Shown piece after piece: positions 12,575-24,198 of a stretch of 64,000 nt of DNA. The position numbers were made by a program, and so were the translations under genes. Source of the DNA: Takakia lepidozioides (lineage: Eukaryota > Plantae > Bryophyta). The notes beneath the pieces were generated by a model. That model was not told the origin of the DNA. It made no database searches and saw only the letters and a program-made list of their open reading frames with translations. The DNA is taken from the NCBI GenBank assembly GCA_030704615.1, contig CM060734.1, positions 22,692,001 through 22,756,000 of the forward strand, in the 5' to 3' direction. Each line of letters begins with the position of its first letter. Position 1 is the first letter of the stretch.

Positions 12575-13445
12575 GTGCCGCATTTCCATGCAATGGATCA
12601 GGAATTGGACAAACTTCCATCTCCAAAATGGAAATGCGGCACCGCATTTCCGTTTAGCGCAATGGAATGCGGTGCCGCGTTTCCGTGCAAGGGGTTAGAA
12701 ATGGACAAACTTCCATGTCCAAAATGGAAATGTGGCACCGCATTTTCGGTTTTGGGAAGGACGTGCTTTCAGAGATGGTGTCGTTTAGAAGCACATGGGA
12801 GAGGGGACCTCAACTGCAAAGAAATGCCTTTACATATTCAGGAAGTAAATCTAAATGTACAAAGAGTTATTTAAAATTCTACCCATCTTGGAAATCATCA
12901 TCATCATTTCCTAGACTGTCTTGCTCCCCTTCCACCCCCTCTTTGCCTTTCTCATGTCCAGTGGACTGGTCGTTGGCCAGGCTTTCAAAATTCCCATCTT
13001 CCCCTTGCGGAACTGACCATCTCACCTCCGTTGGGTCGTCGTCCTCCTTGTCTGCATCGCCGTGCGGAAGTATGTATGTGATTCCGCATTCCTTTGTCAA
13101 ATACGACGCTGGAACTGCTGCCAGTGGACCAGGGAGGACTGCACCGGGGAAAACTATATTCGTGGAGTTCACTCCGCTCTTCTAGTGTATGGAGACATTC
13201 GGCTGAGTTACAAAGACGAATCGCACGGGAACATGAGGCCCACAGTGACCCTATCAATGTATGATGGTGGTATCATTGATGGGCATGACATTGTCGTCAG
13301 CTCCACCAAGGGCACCAGAACGACCGCAATGCAGTTTACCTGGAGGTGCCGCGTCACTAATGAGCTTGTATTGAGGGTGGGCCTATAGCCACTCAAGACA
13401 ACTTCATCCATCTCCCCTTCAATGTAAATGCGGCGCCAAATTTCC
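12575..13445. repeat. 22-bp palindrome B cluster, GGAAATGCGG(C/T)GCCGCATTTCC
   Basis: Copies near 12575 (partial), 12629, 12664, 12726 and 13424; same motif as the array at 36984-37700. Confidence 0.9.
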
Positions 13446-14263
13446 ATCCGGGGGGATGGACTTCGGTGGCAGGTGGCCGTCTGTTCCCCGTGGATGAGAA
13501 TGAATAAGCGGTTCATCCGCCGCTGACGTGATGAACACGTTACACGATGATAGGTGGGTAGGTGGGACCCAGTTCCTCCATTATTGGAGCCTGTAGTACT
13601 CTTCCGTTTGTCATCAGGTGGAAAATCAAAGGGCTTCGTTGCTGTCTGCAAGGTCATTGTCATCGACAACACACACGTCCTCCGGGCCTCCTTTGCAAGG
13701 ATGCCGTGCTTGTGGAACCACGACAACTGCCTTATGGAGGCTTCGATTATGCAATGTATACGGCCACATCGGGAGACATCGTTATTTGGCACACAGTTTC
13801 CACAGAAGATTGTGGGGCGAATGTGGAAACATTGACAGCTTTTGAGTATATCCCAGGCCACTACGCCTTCGAGCGGGGTGACGATCTTGGTCTGAGGAGT
13901 CCGTGGCTCCTGCACATCCTTGATTCCGATTTTCCCAACTACGGCGTGCACCCATGCAGAAGAATGCGCACTGCTATGCTATTGCGGTGGAACTGCTGCC
14001 AGTGGACATGGGTGGACTCCATCGGGGAGACGTATACTCCTGAAGGACTGCGCTCCTCTTCTCCATTGTATGGGGACATTCGCATTGGTGTGGAGGACGA
14101 AAAAGTGAAGCTTTCCATATTCGATGGTGGTATGATTGAAGGACACGACATTGTGGTGAACATCAACAGGGGCGGTACAACGGCTGCAATCCAGTTTACC
14201 TGGAGGAGCCCGATGACTCATGAGCTAGTTTTTAGAGCAGTCGAAGTTCCATTGACAACGTGA
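13060..14263 (+). CDS. Unknown ORF (13562-14263) with a diverged partial upstream duplicate (13060-13388)
   Basis: Both copies share RWNCCQWT..YGDIR..LS(M/I)(Y/F)DGG(I/M)I(D/E)GHDIVV..T(T/A)A(M/I)QFTWR..T(N/H)ELV. Confidence 0.55.
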
Positions 14264-14427
14264 CTTGTATTCAGAAGGCATAGGGCTATAGATTTGTTTG
14301 CACCATCAGCACAGTAGACGTGCTTGAAATGCAATTCATGTGGATCAATAATAACCCCATTGTGCCCTCCTTTTTGTTCTATTCTGCATCTATCGTTCTC
14401 ACAATGTTCATGTAATAGCAGCCCCCG

Positions 14428-17199
14428 TATGTGCCGATTACCCAAGCATTCCTCTCCTGAGCAGACCTCTGTCATATTCAGCCTTCATTTGAAGTGAGTA
14501 GTTTGTGCCGACTACCCAAGTTCTGGTCAGCCATTGCCTTTCTGGCTGGTTGCCATTGCATTTGCTTGTCTGTGCCAGTATGGAAAGTCTGCACTGATTA
14601 CCCAATCCTCGCATGTGAGTCCCTGTTCTTACATGTTCGTTGGCATGCATTGTGACAAAAGAGGGAAATGTTAAGTCAGACTTAGCCCACAAGTTATATT
14701 ATTTCCAGCTCTGCACCACAACTCTAGTGGAGCAGTACAAGAGTTCTCTGTCCAAAGAGGTGTATCTGAAGTGCCTGAACAAAAGAGACACCAATTGGAT
14801 GACATTGACACGGGAGGGCCTCGTCGAGTTCATGGCACAGGAGGGATTTCGGGAGATAACAGATGACACCCTAACGGAGTTCTGGCACCTTCCTAACACC
14901 CCAGAGAATACAGAGATTGTTGATGCCGCCCTAGAGTTTAACTTGGCAGCATACAAGACGAAATGACATTCAAAAATTACAAAGTACAGTTCCATATGTG
15001 ACCCATCCCTTGGCAAGAGTTGCGCGCCCTGGACAAAGTTGAGATGACCTTGAGAAACTGCAGATGATCACCACCAGCAAGGTTTCTGCGGATGCAAAGG
15101 TTGGATGGTTGAAGTTGTGGAATATGCCTGCGGCAAACAAGGGCAATTTCCCGGTGGGACCAACGGACAAGGAGATGAGTGATTGGGTGGACAAGGCCAC
15201 TTGGTGGTGGCAGGTATTTCATTCTGAATATGCCATTCTTCAAGTCTGCACAGACTTACAAGATCATTTCCTGTATGTCTGTAGTATTCCATTGACTTTC
15301 AGCACTCACTGGACCATGCTGAAAGTCACTGTTGTCTGCAGCAAATGCAAGAGGCGGAGAGACAACTGGGCTTTCTGGTGGCCGATGAGGTTTTGGTGCT
15401 ATGTCCTAGGCTCGAGTCCGAGGTATTGGCACATGGATTGTTCAAGTGGATTGACGAGTTCAGGATCACGTACTGGGAACAACTCTTCCACCACGAGATG
15501 CTGGAGGGCCCACAAAGAAGCTGGGATATCCTTGCTCAGCTAGGAGGAGCTCTACTTGTACGTCAACTTGTTTATAGGTAAGATAATGCAGATCCTGCCT
15601 TGCTTTTGAGGAGCTTGCAGTTGGGAAGTCGGCACATATTTATCAAATCATCCTCACAAATGGCCAATGCATGCATGGTTTCTGACGATAGAATGCTTGA
15701 CATTTTGCAGGTACATCAACTTCTACCTTCTGCCCAACAAACACATTCAAGCTATTCCGGCCATGATATCTCAGTGGGCAAGTACACGGACAGAATGCAA
15801 CATGTACAATGGGAAGCAACTTATTGACTACGTGCGGGCCGTGAATTTGCAATGTTATTGGTGGTTGGACTGCCCACCCAACTTCATCCCAGAAAGTTTG
15901 CTTCAGGACAGTTCGTTGCACCTCCACCTGGAGAACCCGCCAACGAGACCGCGAGGGTTGAAGCCCACCATGCAGCGGTCGCTCACGACGGAGGCCCTTG
16001 TTGTGGCGGCAGCTTCAAAAAAGGGCCAGACCAGGAAGCAGAAACCCAAGAAGGCCCAGAGAGTGGATGACTCATCATCTCGTGCTAAACAGGCCAAAAT
16101 CCAGAAAGAGAAAAACCGTGAGGGGGCGGATGCGATAGAGGACGTGGAGGCAAGGGAAGGCGAAGATGTTCAAGAGCAGAACAGAACGGGCAATACTGAG
16201 CATTTTGGGTGGCATGGAACTAGCAAACCAACGCCGGTTTGGCCCCTCCCAAAGTATGTGGCCCGCGCAGCCTGGTGCTGTTACGAGATAAGCCGGGGAA
16301 CGGTCTTGCCCTTGGCAACGCAATTATCCCTTTACGAGGCGCGTGCATTGCAGAAGTCTGTGCCGACTACAGAGGTGTCATGCATCCACTGCGACTGGTT
16401 TGACCTTGTCGAGCAGCGCCTCGCAAATGAATCCATCACAAAGAGGTGGCCACCGGAGAGGGCCATGGTTGATGCATTCATTCAATGTCACAAGAATAGG
16501 AGGGAGCTCGTGCGGGGGGGAGGGGGGGGGGGGGGGGGTGTTTTGACGTCCATCTTCAGTTGGAAGGTGCTGACTTGGTGATTGTGGATATCCCGGATGG
16601 GCAAATGGTATCGAATTGTGGAACAGAAGGAGTTGTGCCAAATTGGAATGTGCGCAAGGTTCCCCACCTCAGCCATGCCATATCACTTGCAGGTGCAATC
16701 ACGGATGATGTTGGATGTCTCCTTATCTTGTGCAACGGTGATGGCAAGACGGAGACGGAGCTTCGCAGAACAGTGAGCATGAATGCACTATTTCGCTTTG
16801 TCAAGAAGAAGTGGACATGCATGAATGCCCTCCCAATCATGTCAAGCAACGAGCAGCAGCCACAGGTAACTAAAAACCACACCTCCATGTCGAATATCTT
16901 GATGTTCTATGCAATTTGGATGTACGCTTCATCTGGGAAGTCGGCACAGACTTCCCAGATGAGGGCATTACGTCGTGGACAAGAACTTTTGTCTGGGAAG
17001 TCGGCACAAACTTCCCACATCCACAACCCCGTTTTTTGGGAAGACATTCGACCATAGAAGCTGTTGCCTGGGAAGTCGGCACAGACTTCCCACATCCACT
17101 ATACTGGTTTTTTATATAACAGAAAGTTGTGGGCAACAGTTTTTTCTTAACACAATCCTGGACTGCAGGTCTTGTCTGCGAAGTCGACACGGACTTCCT
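14428..17199. repeat. 22-bp palindrome C, GGGAAGTCGGCACAGACTTCCC
   Basis: Full copies at 16935, 16995, 17070, 17178 (downstream of donor 16866); half or degenerate copies near 14430, 14498, 14582 and 15622 (intron). Confidence 0.88.
14640..16865 (+). pseudogene. Spliced gene with N-terminal half of a beta-class DNA amino-methyltransferase-like domain, truncated
   Basis: Phase-compatible exons ~14640-15213, 15342-15577, 15711-16865 (GT-AG). SCIHCDWFDL...EGADLVIVDIPDG..PNWN resembles IxGDxxxL..VDLIxTDPPYG. Stops at 14964 and ~15039; frameshift in a poly-G tract. Confidence 0.45.
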
Positions 17200-17400
17200 A
17201 CATCCACTGTTCTGTCTTGCAGTTGTGAGCATGGTGTTTTGCAATTTCTCAGTAGCCTATCTATGCAAAGCATCCTGGCAGTCTGCACAGACTTAGTGCG
17301 CAGTGCTCAAGAAATGTTGTTTCATGTGCAGGCTCGGGTGTTACATGTATTTTTGCTCTTGTAAAGCAACACGTACAGTTGTGAATTATCCCAAGATGCA

Positions 17401-17736
17401 AGCGAGCCGGAAAGCGACCAAAGTGTGGGGCAAAGCTTGTGAAGTTGGTGGCCATTACAGATCCGGCTCTTGGAAAGGACTTCATCCCCGAGATTGCAAA
17501 ACATTATTCTCGGGTCATGCAGCCGACCATGCATTCTGGACTGCCTATAACCAAAGGGAATTTCCACTGGGCCCGACTGCTCGAGGGTCCCGTGGGGGAG
17601 TAAGGGGGACCGTTATGTCCCGGTGAATAGCCGAAGCCCCGAGTTGGCCCGACGGCCAGTTTCGGAGTTAGGCGCGCGTATCAAAGTGAGTAACTACGAC
17701 GTAAAAGGGGAGCTTACCAAAATGGGGTGCGCAACA
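17401..17736 (+). mobile_element. Truncated LTR 3' end, same family as LTR 38212-39798
   Basis: Reverse-complement similarity to 38212-38450; ends ...ggggtgcgcaACA. Confidence 0.85.
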
Positions 17737-18179
17737 CTCCCTTTGCCATGTGTCAGCTATATCCAGTATCCCATCATGTTCCATTGCCTGAAATGCATTT
17801 TTATAAAAGAAGACGACGCGCTCCCACAAATTTCTCCACCAATGCTCAATTCTCTGTGGGGATAACATATAACAACACATAAATACCAACCATTGTTGCA
17901 TTTTCCTCATTCTTGAGTTTGACATCTTTACCACTCAAAGAATAAAGCATGTTCATGTGTTTTCTGCAGGATCTTTTCTTTTCTTCTCCTCTCTCTCCCA
18001 TCGGCATCTTACCGACTCTTTCTGTCCCCATATCTATGCCAACGGGCGCCCCTGTAGTGCACACATTGTTTGCAGCAAGGCATCCATCACCTGTTGAATT
18101 TAATTTTCTAATACAAGAACCTGCATTAGTACCTGGTTATGTTCAGAGGAACCTGTTAAAAATGGGTTTCTAGTGTCAC

Positions 18180-18745
18180 GTCGCGCCTCCTCAATATGAG
18201 CCCTGATTAATGAGTGTTTCGAATCAAAGTCCAATACACACATCGCTATGTGGTGGTTTTTGGGACGGGCACAGGTGAGGGTCTTCACTTGTCTTGATTT
18301 CTTGAAAGCTTGCAGCTCCTGTTCTTGCAAATGTGGATTCTGCTGATGCCATCTACTGTTTCAAACTGCCACATACCGCTTCAGACCTGCTCCAAGATGG
18401 CTCCAATGAGGATCTGCTTCTCTCCTTACCCCTGTTTCTGGTTTTTTACAACCACATTTGCATGTGTAGGAGTTAGATTCTTAACGGAATCCCATACTTT
18501 GTAACCGCCTCCATATAACCTGTGCACATACACCCTTGATGCTATCAACCCTAGTAATAACATGTACAATACAAAATGTACTAGACGTCTGTGACATTCT
18601 ATCAGCAAAACCAAGGTACATGTCTTCACCTGAACTATTGTTTCTGCAGTTTTATCGCGAGCCATTTTGGCATAAACAATAACGTGGGAAGCACCATCAA
18701 TTGCAGCATGCACTCGAATCCCATACATAAAAAGTTTGTCGTAAG
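18180..18745 (-). mobile_element. Integrase-core (DDE, IS3/IS481-like eukaryotic transposase) fragment
   Basis: YGIRVHAAIDGASHVIVYAKMARDKTAETIV resembles the H(G/A)xIDGxSRxIxY...AxTV integrase-core segment; short and interrupted. Confidence 0.5.
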
Positions 18746-18758
18746 CTGTAAAAGAAAT

Positions 18759-19153
18759 ACCAATGAGATCAAACTCAAGATTGCCAAGAGACGAGCCCTC
18801 TATACAGAGTGTTGCATTATGAAAGTCAACAAAGATATGTGTGTTAGGTACTACCAGATCCGCAATGATATCAATCAGTTCGTAAGGTCTCAGAAAAAAT
18901 TATTTTGGGATAAGTTATACAGTGAAATAATCTCAAATCACCACGGTGGTAATGACAAGAGATTCTCGTTGGCCCTTCAACGTCTGTAGAAGCCTAAAAA
19001 TTGTCAGCAAGTACAAACGCTGAGGACTTCTAAGGGTGCAGTGGTGACTTCAACAGTTGACATTGCCAAAACCTTTGAAACTCACTACAGTACACTTGGC
19101 AAAAATTCTAGTTCTAACAGTGAGCGGTTTTCTGAAGAACGGAAGGACATAGT
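18759..19153 (+). mobile_element. Internal fragment of the LINE family at 50787-55632
   Basis: Nucleotide and peptide near-identity to 53097-53486 (TNEIKLKIA.RRALY.ECC...GGNDK.F.LALQRL...VVTS.VDI.KTFETHYS). Confidence 0.93.
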
Positions 19154-20036
19154 CTGCACCAGAATCACAAACAGGGAAAAACAACTGCCTTCAATACATA
19201 TTGCCGAGTCAGAGTATAGTGTCCATGTTGGCAATCCTATACAAATGAATAAATACATTTGGCCTCAATGACACAGCAGCCCAAGAATGTCATTGGGCCT
19301 GTGCACACGTGATACAGTTGGATTTCAGCTTATGAAGTAAAACACCATGAAAGGTCTAGGAGAAGTCTATCATTGTACCTGAAGAAGATGTCGTACTTAA
19401 TATACATGGGCCCAATCACAACTCATTCAGAATTTTTGTACAGGAAGCAGACACAAACAGTTTTGAGTACAAGCCGATTATACAAACCGCAAATACGTGA
19501 ATTCTTCAAATGAGGAGAGGGCATCGGTGACCTACCAAGCATTTCAGGAAGTGGAAAGCTGCAACACACATAACAATTCAACACAATGATATCTTCCTGA
19601 AAATAGCCAAAATTGTCATCAGATTATAGACGCAACAAGTTGCATATGAAGCGAATTGACAAGCTACATATGTCTGTCTGCTGACCTCAAAGCAGCCACC
19701 CCTAGATCATTTCTTACACTTGGTTCTCCATGACTTTCTGGCCTTGCTGAATATTTCTCCTGCCAACAAGCAACAACATAAGATTTTGAGTTCAGAATTA
19801 TGTGGAGTTTTCACAAATTACACTCTCACATTTGCCATACATGTTAACAAAGCTATTCTCCAAATTTACATACAACAAATTCCAGCTTTCATGACGTCTT
19901 TGTGGACCTCTCTGCCTTTTTCCAGCACTCCTAGGATTGCACATGCATTAAAAACACAACTGAAAGTGACATTACGACAATGCTCATTTATGCTCCCGCA
20001 TTTTACATACATTTCAGCAAGAGCAGTCTCCAAAAT

Positions 20037-20340
20037 GCCCCGCGTTATTCATAATCTAGGATTAGCTTATGGAGAGCCCTTGTCCCTACCAGGCAGGGCA
20101 CATTAATATGTGTCATTAATGGGATTCTGCCATTAATGCCAAGAGCCAGCCCCATGCCCGGGCCCTACCATTTCCCTCGCCATCCCCCTTGCTCGCCATA
20201 CTCCTCACCATGCATGCGCACCCTACCATGTTCTATGAGCTCCCCCATGCTCCATGCGAGGCCCCATCCTGCATGCTCCATGGCATGTTTGGCATCCATG
20301 GATGAATTTGGGGGATGACTTCAAAATGGATGAGGTTAGG
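20037..20340 (+). repeat. MULE left TIR
   Basis: Reverse complement of 27294-27597 with few mismatches. Confidence 0.96.
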
Positions 20341-20924
20341 GTCTTTTAGAGCGGCGGCTGGTTTAGGGTTTTGTTTGTTTGGGGCGGCGGCTGGCTTAGT
20401 GAGTTCTTTGGCTTAGTGAGTTCTTTGCAAACTAGGTGTGTTCCTTTGATTATGTTTGCATTGTGAAGATATTACATGTGAGTGTGAATGGATTTTTGAG
20501 CATGAATGGTGGATGCAAATCGCATGCATTGAGGCATTCAAGCATTCAAGCATTCAAACATTCAAACAATCAAGTAGGTAAGAGCTCATTCTTTGAAGCA
20601 TTTTCAAGTTTTTGTTTTCTCTTCTTTCACACATAACTAGGGAAAGCACACTTGTGCTTTCTGCCTTGGCTTGAAAAATGAACATGATCATTTGCTCAAT
20701 GAACAGGGAAGGCACAGTTGTGTTTTCTGGCATGGCTTAGAAAGTGAACATGACCACTTGCTCAATCAATAAGCAAAGCACACTTGTGCTTTCCATGGCT
20801 TCCAATTTTTGATGTAAATACACACATGGGGTTTCCACCATGGATTCCATATTTTCATGCTTTTGTTTGGACTTAGTCTAGATCCATAATCTCACTGATA
20901 TATCACTTAATACCTTAATATGTT

Positions 20925-23610
20925 TGGAGGAAAGCGCAGTCGAGGTTTCTCTGGTATACCACTTGAATGATATAATATGTCTGGAGGAAAGATCCGTCGA
21001 GGTTTCCCTGGTACTTAAGTGATGATATATTTAGAAGAAACCGTGGTCAAGGTTTCCCTGACATCATGCTATACCTTAATATGTCTGGAGGAATCGAGGT
21101 TGCCCTATATCACTTGAATGATACAGCTTATATGTTAGGAGAAAATATCGATCGAGGTTTCCCTAGCATATCACAAGATATGTTTATAGGAAACTGCGGT
21201 CGAGGTTTCCCTGACATGTATACTGTCTAGAGGAAAGCCTGGTCGAGGTTTCTCTGGCATATCAGTTGAATGATATAAGATATGTTTGGAGGAAATCTCG
21301 GTCGAGGTTTCCCTGACGTAATGGCCTTAATAGAAAAACCCGATCGAGGTTTCCCTGATGCATATCACTTGAATAAAGCTTAATATGTTTGGAGGAAATA
21401 TCGGTTGAGTTTCCAACTTGTATACATTTGGTTGTTTGTGATAGGATTTTACATGGAGTATGCTAGGGAGGGAGAGCATTAATTACTCTTTTGATCATGA
21501 GACTAGAAGGTGGAAGTGTCTAAAGTGCACAAAAGACTATGGAGCCAAAAGTAGCTTGAACAACCACATGGGTCGATGCGGACAACTTCCGTTGCCACAT
21601 GGAGAGTCTGGTCGTCCACGAACCGTTGCAGTTGCTGGAGCGATGTCTGAGGCCCGTAGTCTCCAAATGATGCGTTCATGGCGTGTACGATATAATTTGT
21701 TGCGTTCCAAAGCAATTGCCAGGTACACGAAGAAAGCGAAAACAATATGAAAGAATGATCCCGACAATCTGCGGAGCTTGGGGAGGTACTTATCATGATT
21801 ATCTCTTAAGTGCTTTGTTCTTCTTTTGCTATACTTGCTATACTTTGTTCATTTAGACTTAAATTTTTTTGGCTTTCACAATGGTGTAGACAGCAAGATG
21901 AGTTCATCACCGAATTCGTTGACAATGCCATGTCCAATTGGTTTGCAAAAGATGGTGAACGCATTGAACAATGCAAGGTGAAAGCCCGCGAGTATAGGTT
22001 GATCAAAGGAGTGGCGGAGAGCAATGATGATGAAGATGATGAGAACAATGATGATGGGGAGGATGATGGCAGTGATGAGGATGGAGAGGATGATGAGGAC
22101 GATGAGGATGTGGATGATACTGATGACGTCGAAGATGCAGAGGATGATGAAGATACAGAGGATTTCCATGAGAGTGACGATACTGCTGGAGAGCAGATGG
22201 AGCAGTTATCATATCATGGAGACACCCCTCCTCCTGTTGACACGGAGTCATGCGATGACGACAATGAGGTCTTGGAGATATTTTACAATGAGACTCGGTT
22301 ATCACACCATGGACACACCCATCCTCCTGTTGAGGCTGAGTCAGGCGATGACGACAATGAGGTCTTGGAGATATTTTACAATGAGACTCGGAGGCACGCA
22401 AGGTCATCTTTGCCTCATACCCCTGTTGAGGGTCCATCCACTTCCCGTAGACTTCCTCAGACAGGTGTCACCCCTTCGCAGGAAGAGCTTCGGCGATTGG
22501 GCATCACAAACTCAACTCAGTTCAGAGCTGCAATCTTGGGGGATTCTGTGGCTGATCGCATCGTTCGTCGTAGGATGGGACATGATCGCAAAGCACGTTG
22601 ATGGAACAACTTGGTATCTATGTTTTGAATCAAGTTAGCAACAAAGTTCATGGACTTTGATTTACACTACTATACTTTTGAACATGTTTTGAATGTGCAT
22701 ACTCGGAAGATACATAAATGTCTTGATATGATATGTCAATGTATATTGGGTGGTGTGCTGGTGAAATTGCGACAACAACTTAAGATATTAAGCGATATGT
22801 CAGCGAAACCTCGACCACGGTTTCCTCCAAATATGTTAGTATATCACTTATGTCAGAGAAACCTCGACCGATATTTCCTCCAAACATATTAGTTCAATCT
22901 CGGTTTGCATTCATTATGAAATTGATGCATCTCAAGGAAACCTTGATCACAATTTCAAGGAAACGTCGACCGTGGTTTCCACTATATGAATGAACATCGA
23001 GCACATTTCCAGTAACCCATTTAAAATGTGTTCATTCATGAGCATAAAATGCACATGTTACTTTAAGGGAAACCTCGACCGTATTTTCCACCAACAACCT
23101 TGACCGCGGTTTCCACTACATGAATTAAGTGGTGCATCGTATCATATATGTCATTTGCTTAAATCAATCCTTCACCACAATTTGCACTTAGCACTTCCTA
23201 GTAGGGAAACCTCGACCGCGGTTTCTCTTAACAATTGGTATAAGGAAAACCTCGACCACAGTTCCCACCCACATGATATTTCAATATGGGAGACATATAC
23301 CCAAGGCAACCTCGACCGCGGTTTTCACTACGTGCAAAAAAGTAAGTGATGCACATTATCATATATGTCATTTGCATAAAGGAAACCTGCACCACGGTTT
23401 TTACTAGCAATTGATGCCAGGGAAACATTCACCACGGTTTCCATGATACAAAATATACATAGGTATATGTTCGTGCCCAAGAGAATTGATGCCACACCAT
23501 ATATTTATTTTACCAAGTATATTGTCAACCATTCAAGTATTAGATGCTTCCTGGAAACCTCGACCACAATTTCCATCGGTCCAGGGAAACCTCCATCGCG
23601 GTTTCATCCA
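20925..23610. repeat. 22-bp quasi-palindrome D arrays, GGAAACCTCGACCGCGGTTTCC
   Basis: About ten copies at 20925-21415 in one orientation and about a dozen at 22805-23610 in the opposite orientation, bracketing the accessory gene. Confidence 0.88.
21445..22601 (+). CDS. MULE accessory gene: C2HC zinc finger + acidic tract (one in-frame stop)
   Basis: Exons 21445-21786 and ~21894-22601; WKCLKCTKDYGAKSSLNNHMGRC; D/E-rich run; duplicated DDDNEVLEIFYNETR; TGA at 21748. Confidence 0.6.
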
Positions 23611-24198
23611 CACCATATTTCACAACGAGTCTGAATTACTGCATGCAAAGTGAATCATTTATTGCTATTTCATCCAAGCATTACAATTACCTCCAATGTC
23701 ATGAAGCTTACATGAATGTCATCAATATGCCAAAACAATTAGAATTTCGACATTTAGAGTTTCTGAATTTTCTTGCGTTTCGATTTTGTGCTCCGCTCTA
23801 GAAAATCTTTCATACGAACGATAGAATTACCGCACCCATCATCAACTATTTGAAATGTTTGGGCAGGATGCATCATGTCCTCCGTCGCATTTGCTCGTAG
23901 TGATCTTAGCTTCCCATTTCTTGGACACATGCCAACTCTCTCTTGGTGTTGTCTTAATCACTTCTTGGTTTTTCTGATGAAGGTAATGAGCTCACTTGCT
24001 CCTCATATTGTCTGCATAGAACTGACATTATAACAAATATGTCTCATTTGTAGGAAACCACAAGTCTCATTTCCCTGTGATCTCATATTATGTAAACAAA
24101 GCATATATTGAACAAAGCATTATATTGAATACAAAACATGTATTGAAATAGACACTGTTGTATGTTTTGAATAAAAAAGGTAGAGAGTCATATAACGT

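Noticed and set aside
18160-18178. CTAGTG as a CACTA right end
   Set aside because: No subterminal repeats or matching left end; the hexamer also occurs by chance near 13182 and 45132.
20925-21415. CRISPR-like repeat/spacer pattern
   Set aside because: Irregular degenerate units with related linkers inside a MULE intron.
22003-22638. Met-rich and His-rich ORFs
   Set aside because: Alternative-frame readings of the GAT/GAG-rich acidic exon.
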